From NCBI GenBank assembly GCA_015523565.1, contig WAKA01000036.1, forward strand, positions 1 through 23,332: 23,332 bases of DNA, written 5' to 3'. The notes under the pieces were generated by a model, which was not told where the DNA came from, ran no database searches, and saw nothing but the letters and a program-made list of their open reading frames with translations. Made by a program: the position numbers and the translations under genes. Shown here piece after piece: positions 15,541 to 23,332 of this stretch. The stretch comes from Candidatus Heimdallarchaeota archaeon. GTDB taxonomy: Archaea > Asgardarchaeota > Heimdallarchaeia > Heimdallarchaeales > Kariarchaeaceae. Every line of letters begins with the position of its first letter. Within the stretch, counting starts at the first letter, position 1.

Positions 15541-16686
15541 TTGGCTACGTATCTTGAAATTTTCCTTGCTATGCTCAATGGCATTATTGTCCTCTCATAT
15601 ATCGGATTCAATATCCATCAGGTAATCTTACGCAAGGATTGGATCTCCATTGAAATCCTTTTCACCTCCACCCTCTACTTTTTTTCCATCATTGTAAACT
15701 TCTTATTGTTTGACCTTTTCTTTCTCCAGCCTCAGACCGCTCAGATTGTGTCCATGTTAGGGGACATTTCTGGCGCTCTTACGCTGGTATTTCTGCTCTT
15801 CTTTTTTGATAGACGCACCTATTCACATAGAATTGGCTATTCCGCTAAACTTGCCTATATGTTCCTTACCATTTGCATCTCCTTTCTTATAATGGCAGTT
15901 GCAACCAAGGATTTTTTCATCGTAGGTTCCCTTGTCCAAGAAAATAGGATTGTTCTTCATCGTCATCTCCTATTCAGGATATTTCTAGGAGCAGGTGCCG
16001 CTTTTTTCATTTATTCATTCACCTCCATGCTTGATTTCATTCATTTGGGAAAACCAAGTTGGTTTGTCATTGAACCTAAAAGGCAAATGTACCTGCTTTT
16101 CATTGCCTTGATCATTTCCCAAGGGCTCTTCTCCTTGATTGGGGGATCTCAAGAGTTCTTCCTCATTGCCGAAATCATCAATTCCATTGTCTATATTCTT
16201 GTGGCATCTCAAATCCTGCTCATCCCCAATTTCATTTACCTGAAACAACAGAATATACGTATCCTTTTCAACCAAGGCGAATTCGGATGGGGCATATATA
16301 GGCTAATCAATAACTTGCCAACAAAACAAGTGTTTTCACAGCAATTCCTTGACAACAATGGAATGGATCCAACTTTCGAGATTGGTCTTGTTTCTGCCAC
16401 AATGACTGGATTCCTTTGCATGAATGATTCATGTGGATCCATGATGCTGTTCTCAATTCCTAAATATTCCCAGATTATTGCAATCACAACATCATTCTTC
16501 CTCACTTCTGATAAGGAATGGAATGAATATCTCCTACAATTCTATATTCCTTATTCATACCTTGGCACCATCACCAAACTCGTTGATTTGCATCACATTG
16601 TTTACAAATGGCTAAACACCATCAAAGACATTGAAGATGACACCCTGTCAGAAAAACTAATGAAAATTATCATTAAATTTTGGTGA
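15541..16686 (+). CDS. 7-TM membrane protein with a C-terminal cytoplasmic domain (paralog 1, 381 aa)
   Basis: About 7 hydrophobic helices in the first ~230 aa. The soluble C-domain begins 'LFNQGEFGWGIYRL' and aligns by eye with the next gene. Confidence 0.7.
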   Translation: MATYLEIFLAMLNGIIVLSYIGFNIHQVILRKDWISIEILFTSTLYFFSIIVNFLLFDLFFLQPQTAQIVSMLGDISGALTLVFLLFFFDRRTYSHRIGYSAKLAYMFLTICISFLIMAVATKDFFIVGSLVQENRIVLHRHLLFRIFLGAGAAFFIYSFTSMLDFIHLGKPSWFVIEPKRQMYLLFIALIISQGLFSLIGGSQEFFLIAEIINSIVYILVASQILLIPNFIYLKQQNIRILFNQGEFGWGIYRLINNLPTKQVFSQQFLDNNGMDPTFEIGLVSATMTGFLCMNDSCGSMMLFSIPKYSQIIAITTSFFLTSDKEWNEYLLQFYIPYSYLGTITKLVDLHHIVYKWLNTIKDIEDDTLSEKLMKIIIKFW

Positions 16687-16692
16687 CCTATC

Positions 16693-17832
16693 ATGCATGA
16701 TCTTCAATATCAAATTTTGGTTGCAGTTGCTTTTCTTCTGTCAATAATTATCAACGGCATATTTTTATGCATCACGTTCTCTTCCTTAAAAAAACGCCTT
16801 GTCCTCCTGCTGTTGGGAAGCTTTCTGACTACCATCTCAATCATAATCCTTGCCTTTTACTCAATGCAATCCTCCCCTGTGGAAAATGTTCGATTGATCT
16901 CTTTTGCAGGGGAATTGGTCGTTATTGCCCTCTTGATCCTTATTTTCCATCTTCCCGATTATTCTTCCTTTCAACGGATTTTGGAAAGGATTGCCCTCCT
17001 CAGCTCATCGGTGCCACTTGCATTTTTGATGATTGGATCGTTCTATCCTGAACATATTGCATACTCTCCCTTATATTTGCCTGAAATGGTATTTTTTACT
17101 TTTATCCCAGTCCTTGTATCATTCCTTGTCATCATCCTTGCTTTTGTCAAATTGGTCTTATCCAATAAAAGTATCATAAAATCTCTCTCTCTCCCTGAAC
17201 ACGGACGTATCTTTGCAATAATCACTTTTATCATCTTCATTATGTCTTTCTTTGTTTTTTTCGACAACATTGACAATCATGATAAAATCAGCATTCTTGT
17301 CCTTTTCTACTCAGTTCTTACCAATATTTCATTTGTCTTGGCTGTTTTATATTACCCTCAACGTTTTCCATCTCGACGAATTCTAAACAATCTCATGAAA
17401 AACGGGGCAATTGGCTGGCTTATGTCCATTATGGACGATGATGGGCCTCGTTCCTTGGCTTGGTCGGAATCTTTCGTGGCATGCAATTCCATTGACCAAA
17501 CCGTCTTGGATCAAGTGACAGTCCATGTTATTTCCCTTATTGGGCTTGGAAAAGAGGATGAGAAATATGACAACCTTTCCAATTTTGTACTTACCCTGTC
17601 CCTCAAGGAACCAATGCTGATTTTGGTGTTTCCCTCAAATGCCTCCGCAGAATTTGAGGATGAACGTTTCCAAGGCAGTACTGTCGCAACACTGTCTATC
17701 TTTTTGCCTGCAAGACTTGCCTCTTCCTTGAACATTCACGCCATTGAACTTCCCCACTTCAAAATTGAAAGTATTGGGCATGCCGATATTGAACAAACTG
17801 TAATCGATATCCTGTCTGAAATCTATGCATAA
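16693..17832 (+). CDS. 7-TM membrane protein with a C-terminal longin/uDENN-like domain (paralog 2, 379 aa)
   Basis: About 7 TM, then 'LMKNGAIGWLMSIMDDDGPRSLAWS...DERFQGSTVATLSIFLP'. The beta-strand-D..GP-beta-strand start is typical of uDENN/longin-like folds. Confidence 0.65.
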   Translation: MHDLQYQILVAVAFLLSIIINGIFLCITFSSLKKRLVLLLLGSFLTTISIIILAFYSMQSSPVENVRLISFAGELVVIALLILIFHLPDYSSFQRILERIALLSSSVPLAFLMIGSFYPEHIAYSPLYLPEMVFFTFIPVLVSFLVIILAFVKLVLSNKSIIKSLSLPEHGRIFAIITFIIFIMSFFVFFDNIDNHDKISILVLFYSVLTNISFVLAVLYYPQRFPSRRILNNLMKNGAIGWLMSIMDDDGPRSLAWSESFVACNSIDQTVLDQVTVHVISLIGLGKEDEKYDNLSNFVLTLSLKEPMLILVFPSNASAEFEDERFQGSTVATLSIFLPARLASSLNIHAIELPHFKIESIGHADIEQTVIDILSEIYA

Positions 17833-17863
17833 ATTTTCATGCCTGTTTCCCCATGGGATAGGT

Positions 17864-18226
17864 ATGAATCAAGATTTGATAACGGCACTCGAAAAATTCC
17901 TGCAACAACGCCACTGGAAAAAATTCCATACTCCTAAAAATTTGGCCATGTCCATCGCAATTGAGGCCGCGGAAATAATGGAGCTCTTCCAATGGATGTC
18001 CGAACAAGAATCAATCGACGCCCTGAAACATGATGAGTTTGTCCATGCACTTCAAAATGAGATCGCAGATGTCTTCATCTACATGACATCATTGGCATCA
18101 CAAGCTGGCATTGACATGCTGGATGCGGCATTGGCAAAAATGAAACGGAATGAAACTCGATTTCCCCCTGCCAAAAGCAATATTGACGGTCTCCAATCAA
18201 AAATTGATTGGGTTCTCAATAAATAA
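17864..18226 (+). CDS. MazG-like nucleotide pyrophosphohydrolase (DCTPP1-like, 120 aa)
   Basis: RHWKKFHTPKNLAMSIAIEAAEIMELFQW...EIADVFIY...KMKRNETRFP. Confidence 0.92.
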   Translation: MNQDLITALEKFLQQRHWKKFHTPKNLAMSIAIEAAEIMELFQWMSEQESIDALKHDEFVHALQNEIADVFIYMTSLASQAGIDMLDAALAKMKRNETRFPPAKSNIDGLQSKIDWVLNK

Positions 18227-18276
18227 TCCCAACATGAATAAAAAGAAACAAAATTTTGATTTGCCAATTGTATTAT

Positions 18277-18975
18277 GTGCCCATAATCAACTTGGACGGA
18301 ATCGACGTTGAATATGCCATCGTGAGATCTCCTCGTCGAAAACGCGTATCCATCGTCATCATCAATGCCAAAGTGGAAATCCGTTGTCCAAGTTCCGTCA
18401 AGGACGAACATGCCCTTGCCTTCCTTGAAGACAAAAAACATTGGGTAATTCACCATCTAAAAGAACAACAAACCTATCCCCCTGCTGTCGAACTTAACTT
18501 TTCCACAGGTGAAAAAATACCGTTGTTCGGAAAGGACTATCTTTTGGAGGTCAAAAAAGGAAGAAAAACTCAATTTTCCATTGAAAACAATGCGATTGTC
18601 CTCTTTAAACGAGCTTCATCATCCCCCAACCTCATCAAGAAAAGACTCTTTGAATTCTACGCGGACGTATTGCTTGAATACCTGACGAAAAGAAGCTTGG
18701 AACTTAAACACGTCGGCATTCCTGAAAAAATAGAAATCAGATCCTATCGCAGGAAATGGGGGACTTGCCTGCCTAACGGAACCCTACGGTTCAATTGGAG
18801 ACTTGCCATGGCTCCCCCCGACGTCATTGATCTTGTGCTTATCCACGAACTTATCCATACCAAAATCAAGAACCATAGCAAATTGTTTTTCGCATATCTC
18901 AGCAGTTATGTCCCTAACCATAAAGAACTCAACCTGTGGTTAAAGAAAAATGCAGGACGATTGAATGCTATCTGA
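18277..18975 (+). CDS. YgjP/DUF45 (M48-like, SprT-like) metal-dependent hydrolase (~232 aa; start uncertain, 18256-18277)
   Basis: Motifs IVRSPRRKRVSI, KKHWV, RKWGTC, LRFNWRLAMAPPDVIDLVLIHELIH and NHSKLF. Confidence 0.9.
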   Translation: MPIINLDGIDVEYAIVRSPRRKRVSIVIINAKVEIRCPSSVKDEHALAFLEDKKHWVIHHLKEQQTYPPAVELNFSTGEKIPLFGKDYLLEVKKGRKTQFSIENNAIVLFKRASSSPNLIKKRLFEFYADVLLEYLTKRSLELKHVGIPEKIEIRSYRRKWGTCLPNGTLRFNWRLAMAPPDVIDLVLIHELIHTKIKNHSKLFFAYLSSYVPNHKELNLWLKKNAGRLNAI

Positions 18976-19064
18976 CAGCATAGCAACCTAGGCTTTTCCC
19001 CTTTCATTTCCTTTGGTTTTTTGCCCTTTCAAAATCCATTTAACTGTTGTGACAATGGAAATTC

Positions 19065-19796
19065 GTGATCGTTTCCATTGTCAGCTATCGTGGTGGAAGC
19101 GGAAAATCCGTCTTTTCCGTAAATTTCGCAAATGCGCTTGCAACCAATGTCCTTCTCGTGGAAGCCGATTTCCTTGCCCCTTCCTTGCACTATATCCCCC
19201 GCAAGACAAAAGAATACTGGAACGATTACGTCCTTGGCAAAACCAACAATATCGAGGCATTGAAGCATCGCATAGAAAACTTTGACTTGATCTGTACCAA
19301 ACCCCACGATCCCAACATGATTTCAATCCTCATGGATAGGGAGGCTTGGGGATCCTATATATCCGATAACATCAGCAGATTCTTCGGAATGGAAGAGGAC
19401 AAGTATGACTTTGTCCTGATCGACAACCAAAGCGGCACATTCTATGCAACACTACTGCATAGTTTCTTCTCTGACTTCCTCATCTGTATTCTCAGACCTG
19501 ACAGGAGAGATGTCATCAGCACCCTTGAATATCTCAAAATCCTCAAGAAACCTTTCTATATTGTTTGGAACCAAGTCATCATGCCTGAAAAAATGGATCC
19601 CGTCATAAAAAATTGGACTGAAACACTGTTCAAACCCCTGTCAATCTATCGAGGTACTTTGGGAAAGCTCCCCCTCGACGAGCAAACCGCCTTTCAGCTT
19701 TGGGTGGAGGGAACAGTCCTCATAAAGGAAACCGCATACCATAAATCACTTCAAAGGATCGCCCAAACGTTCAAACAGATAACACAAAAAAATTGA
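19065..19796 (+). CDS. MinD/ParA-family P-loop ATPase (243 aa)
   Basis: Deviant Walker A SYRGGSGKS (Arg at the signature Lys position), VLLVEADF, Walker B YDFVLIDN, and VWNQV. Confidence 0.88.
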   Translation: MIVSIVSYRGGSGKSVFSVNFANALATNVLLVEADFLAPSLHYIPRKTKEYWNDYVLGKTNNIEALKHRIENFDLICTKPHDPNMISILMDREAWGSYISDNISRFFGMEEDKYDFVLIDNQSGTFYATLLHSFFSDFLICILRPDRRDVISTLEYLKILKKPFYIVWNQVIMPEKMDPVIKNWTETLFKPLSIYRGTLGKLPLDEQTAFQLWVEGTVLIKETAYHKSLQRIAQTFKQITQKN

Positions 19797-19903
19797 CGTT
19801 TTCATGCGTTGCTAACGGATACAGCTTTTGATGATTCTCCGAACAAAAAAATTCAATACCAAGGTTCTGTTTTTGCTACCAAAAATCCAACGGGAATACC
19901 CAA

Positions 19904-20440
19904 TCAGCGTTTCATGTACTTGATCGGCAGGTATTTTCCCACCTTTGTCTTCCCGACCCATCCTTTCTCCATGAAATCCTTCAGGATGCTCCGAACATGT
20001 GTCTCCTTCAAATGTGTCTGATTCACCAGTTCACCAACTGAAATCCCACCATAATTCTCAATCAGCTCACTCCGTCTCAGCAATACCATGGCCACCTGCA
20101 ACTCGTCCTCATTCAGCATCAACTGAACTGAAGGGTCACGTAAATCCTTCAATCCTGAAAGAAGGTCATTGATGACTGAACTGACCGCATATTCCACAAA
20201 CTCCTCCACTGTCTTCGTGCCCAATTGGTTCTGTATCAGCGGGTTCCCCAAAATGTTCTCCACCCGTCCCCGCAACCCGCCAGAAATGGACACGGCATTA
20301 CCGTTGATGAACTTGCCCAGCAACAGCCTTAATGCATTTGGCTTGCTGCAATGGTATTCCTCTGCCAACTGTCGTATCAGTTCTGCATGCTCCCCCGTGA
20401 ATGTCGTGCTTATGGTTATGTAATCTTCCTTGGCAGGCAT
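19904..20440 (-). CDS. DNA-binding protein: N-terminal ribbon-helix-helix (probably two) plus a C-terminal winged HTH (178 aa)
   Basis: YITISTTFTGEHAELIRQLAEEYHCSKPNALRLLL (RHH); VSISGGLRGRVENIL...TVEEFVEYAV (RHH-like); LNEDELQV...ISVGELVNQTHLKETHVRSILKDFMEKGWV (wHTH). Confidence 0.72.
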   Translation of the reverse strand: MPAKEDYITISTTFTGEHAELIRQLAEEYHCSKPNALRLLLGKFINGNAVSISGGLRGRVENILGNPLIQNQLGTKTVEEFVEYAVSSVINDLLSGLKDLRDPSVQLMLNEDELQVAMVLLRRSELIENYGGISVGELVNQTHLKETHVRSILKDFMEKGWVGKTKVGKYLPIKYMKR

Positions 20441-20592
20441 TGCTTATGCAGACTTCATAGGTCCCTATTTATACTTGTTCACTGTAGGATGGGGAATCAG
20501 TTTATTTCCCTTCTCGTTCATTGTCCTTTTGGCTATCATTTCCCACTTTTCCCATCTAAAACATTTTTATCTGTTAAAACCACCGTCATTTC

Positions 20593-22083
20593 ATGGATTC
20601 ACTTGAGGACGCCATCCTCAAAAAGCTCCACGTCAAGGAACTTACTGGTCTCCCCGAAGCAATCCAAAAATTCCAAGAACCTTACCGTTCCCTTCTGTTC
20701 AGTGCATACTATTACCAAACCGAAGACCATGAAAAAGCTGTTGGATATGCACAAGATGCCTTTGATATGGCTTTTGCCTCACAATCCCGCCAACAGATCA
20801 TCAGGGCAACATCCCGCCTTGCAGAATGCCTCATCAGAATCGGACGGCTTGAAAACGCCATTGACGTAATCGAAGCAAACTATCAGATATTCAAAAGTGC
20901 CAAGAACCTGACCCCATACGAACAAAAATGGATCGGATATGTACATTATCAATACGCCGTTGCCTTGGCCCAACTCTCAAATTTCGATAAGTCAATGCAA
21001 CAATTCAAGTTTGCACTGGAATATGGACAAAAAAACAACGACAATCATCTTGTGTCTTCCTCCTTCAATGGTCTTGCCATTGTCTCAGAATGGATCGGCA
21101 AGATGAAAAATGCAGAGACCTATTACAAGAAAAGCCTCCGCCATAAACCAAAAAACACAATTGAGTATGCAGTCACCCTCGGAAACTATGGTGCACTGCT
21201 CCTGGCACTCGGCAAGACTGAACAGGCAACAGCCACCTACAGAAAAGCCTTGGCAATCTTTGAGAGAAAAGGAACCGCTGAACAAAAGATTTTGATATAC
21301 CAACAATTGGCATCCATCGCAACCGACCATAACCAACCCACTCTCGCCCTCAACTACTGCAAAAAGATACTTGCCGCCGCAAAAACTGTAAACCTGCCAA
21401 ACGATATCGCCTACGCTTCATTTGCCATTGGGCTCATCAATGTCAACCTTGGCAACCTGCCAGATGCAGAAAAAGCCTTGCACGATTTTGAAAAAACCGT
21501 TCAAGAAAATACCCTCAAACACCTTCTTCCCTATCTTGACTTTCTGAAAATAAAACTGCTCCTGAAACAGAACAAGCATGAGGCACTGCCATTGCTGAGA
21601 AAAATGATCAGACAGGAAAACCAAATGTTCGCCCATAAGCACTCTGCCATTCAAACACTCCTCACCTCTTTCCTTCCCCTCGATAACCTCCCTGAAAAAG
21701 CCCACATAGTAAGAGAAATTGAAATGACGTTTAAAAAAATGCAGGATGGGGCTAATGAAACCGAGTCCCCGCATTTCTATGCATCTGTCCTCAAACTTCG
21801 AGCCCTCCTCTCAAAGATTTCCGGTGACCATGACAAGTTCCACTCACTCCTGTCTGAGGCAATCTCCATCGCAAAAAAACACCATTACCCTGAACTTGAA
21901 GCCGAACTGAAAAAAACACAAATGGATACCCCTCCACAAGAAATTGAAAAAAATGTTCTTGACATGCTCCTTTCCGAATCATTCCAAAGGGAAATGCATA
22001 AGTCATTGAACCTCCCCACAAACGAAGTAAATGAATTCTACGACCTGCTCAACAGCAAGTTCGGGCTGTTTTCAACATCCTGA
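20593..22083 (+). CDS. Tetratricopeptide-repeat (TPR) protein (496 aa)
   Basis: Repeated ~40-aa helical units such as 'SSSFNGLAIVSEWIGKMKNAETYYKKSL' and 'AVTLGNYGALLLALGKTEQATATYRKAL'. Confidence 0.88.
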   Translation: MDSLEDAILKKLHVKELTGLPEAIQKFQEPYRSLLFSAYYYQTEDHEKAVGYAQDAFDMAFASQSRQQIIRATSRLAECLIRIGRLENAIDVIEANYQIFKSAKNLTPYEQKWIGYVHYQYAVALAQLSNFDKSMQQFKFALEYGQKNNDNHLVSSSFNGLAIVSEWIGKMKNAETYYKKSLRHKPKNTIEYAVTLGNYGALLLALGKTEQATATYRKALAIFERKGTAEQKILIYQQLASIATDHNQPTLALNYCKKILAAAKTVNLPNDIAYASFAIGLINVNLGNLPDAEKALHDFEKTVQENTLKHLLPYLDFLKIKLLLKQNKHEALPLLRKMIRQENQMFAHKHSAIQTLLTSFLPLDNLPEKAHIVREIEMTFKKMQDGANETESPHFYASVLKLRALLSKISGDHDKFHSLLSEAISIAKKHHYPELEAELKKTQMDTPPQEIEKNVLDMLLSESFQREMHKSLNLPTNEVNEFYDLLNSKFGLFSTS

Positions 22084-22190
22084 ACCGACTTGAATTTCCC
22101 ATACAAAAAGCCCTCCAAAAAATTTGTGTTGCCTCCGAAATTGTTAATACATGTCTCTTTTTAAATACAAATAACGATAAAACTTGATCT

Positions 22191-22565
22191 GTGGGGTTTG
22201 CCTTGCTGTTTCATGCCACGCGAATGTCTCAAAACAAATCTGCTCATAATAAATCCATTGGCATCAAAAGCATGTATGATGCACCCAAAATCCACACCGT
22301 TGAAAACTCCAACTCTCCGTCGGAAATACCTCAACATAGTCTAATTCATGCCCAGCTCACCCTTTGCAAGGTGATCCAAACATCATATTTTGCACTGAAG
22401 AAAGAAGGAGAGTATGCAAAAGAAGCCAGACCGCCCAAGTTCTTGCCCAAGGATGGCTGTTTCAATCTGGAATTCATTGAGAGACAGATCAAGCGTGGAG
22501 GTAAGCTTCTTCGGCTCAGTTTTGGCAAAAGAAAGACAAAAACTCTGGACAGGGGGTATCTATAT
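22191..22565 (+). pseudogene. tnpB: Probable decayed N-terminal fragment of an IS200/IS605/IS607 TnpB-like gene
   Basis: 'HAQLTLCKV..TSYFALKKEGEY.KEARPPKFLPKDGCFNLEF...QIK.GGKLLRLSFGK......RGYLY' resembles the TnpB N-terminal region (aQq.lk....kSFF...k.g.....rpPky..kdg). The best match is 22347-22565. No RuvC or zinc ribbon follows. Confidence 0.5.
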
Positions 22566-22676
22566 GACATACTCACGGTTTCTTCCAGTCGAAGCACTTG
22601 GGATCCCTACCTTGGTTGGGGATACATCGACTTGGATTATCTTTATGATTATGCTTGGAGTCTATCGGGTGAATAA
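22560..22676 (+). pseudogene. Possible 3' remnant of an S8 subtilase-like gene
   Basis: 'LYDILTVSSSRSTWDPYLGWGYIDL' resembles the C-terminal S8 motif (i..iL..ta......D...G.G.id). Its stop sits 1 nt before the next ATG, like an operon junction. Confidence 0.35.
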
Positions 22677-22677
22677 A

Positions 22678-23301
22678 ATGAAACTAGTATCCCTTTTTCT
22701 TATAATATTTCTTCTTGGGAATTCCTTATCCGTAATGTCCAAATCTGATGAGCCTGACTACTTGTATATCGCAAAGGACAGGGTCACGCTCAGTGCAGGC
22801 GAGGCTTATGGAATGAAGATTCAATTGAATGACACTTATCCCATCGAAAATTATAATTATGTAACCAATGTCTATATCGTCAGCTTCGAGGGGAATCTTA
22901 CCTTGCAACTGGCTCATTCCCCATCTGGAACCTATGTGGATATGGAACGGGATGTCAAAAGATACCAAAAAAATGTGACCCTTGATGCCGAGACGTACCC
23001 CGCCGCCTACAAACGGGAAAAAAACGTTACAGTTCCCGAAGAAGAAGCCATCTCCGTCTCCATCCATGGTTTTGGTTATATCGGTTTGGAAGATCGTGAT
23101 AACGCATGGAGAACCTTTTTCTTCAACATAACCTCCTTTGGTGTCGGAAATGTGACTCTTTATTTCAATGTTATCGGGACGCATATCCCAACCACTGATA
23201 TGGTTACTAGCCCTCTTCCGACACTTCCTGCTTTGATGGCTCTGGCTTTTGCCTCTTTCGCAAAAAGCTACTTCAACAAAAAGCAAACAAGAATTGAATG
23301 A
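22678..23301 (+). CDS. Secreted/cell-surface protein with a C-terminal membrane anchor (207 aa)
   Basis: GGGTGA SD, then the signal peptide MKLVSLFLIIFLLGNSLSVMS. The body is beta-rich with several N-x-T/S sequons. The C-terminus is TSPLP, then a hydrophobic stretch, then a basic tail. Confidence 0.8.
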   Translation: MKLVSLFLIIFLLGNSLSVMSKSDEPDYLYIAKDRVTLSAGEAYGMKIQLNDTYPIENYNYVTNVYIVSFEGNLTLQLAHSPSGTYVDMERDVKRYQKNVTLDAETYPAAYKREKNVTVPEEEAISVSIHGFGYIGLEDRDNAWRTFFFNITSFGVGNVTLYFNVIGTHIPTTDMVTSPLPTLPALMALAFASFAKSYFNKKQTRIE

Positions 23302-23332
23302 TCGGTTTTTCTTCAATTAAACGGCTGATGGA

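Noticed and set aside
22414-22677. 88-aa N-terminal extension of the last surface protein
   Set aside because: The signal peptide and SD identify ATG 22678 as the start.
1-23332. tRNA, rRNA, integrase or intact transposase
   Set aside because: No cloverleaf, rRNA-like segment or intact recombinase ORF was recognised by eye; tRNAscan-SE and Infernal were not run.

Overview
This is a gene-dense, moderately AT-rich prokaryotic window. The gene mix points to an archaeon, most likely an Asgard (Heimdallarchaeia-like) lineage; this is inference only. The supporting genes are multi-TM proteins fused to longin/DENN-like cytoplasmic domains, an AN1-zinc-finger site-2 protease, a MinD/ParA ATPase, a TPR protein and surface proteins with C-terminal anchors. 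Recognisable housekeeping genes include a YjjX-type ITP/XTPase, SurE, a MazG/DCTPP1-like pyrophosphatase, a YgjP/M48-like protein, a CDF transporter, an LLM oxidoreductase, a LigB-like dioxygenase, a TlpA + VKOR disulfide pair and a Yip1-like protein. The main novelty candidate lies at about 1.97-4.22 kb. There, an unannotated 53-56 aa secreted peptide gene (signal peptide plus a Gly-rich two-Cys loop, with a strong SD) is transcribed divergently from a ~8-TM membrane protein that carries an acidic repeat linker and a C-terminal winged HTH. A 30/31-bp non-coding tandem array follows immediately. Together these look like a putative peptide-sensing, membrane-tethered one-component signalling cassette. 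Other points of interest are a second 25-bp TGCA-rich satellite array, an apparent AUU start codon for the AN1-S2P gene, a Cys-nucleophile alpha/beta hydrolase, a double-RHH/wHTH protein convergent with the ParA-like gene, and a probable decayed TnpB remnant fused to a subtilase-like tail. No rRNA, tRNA or CRISPR array was seen. All family calls are from motif recognition by eye, not from database searches.
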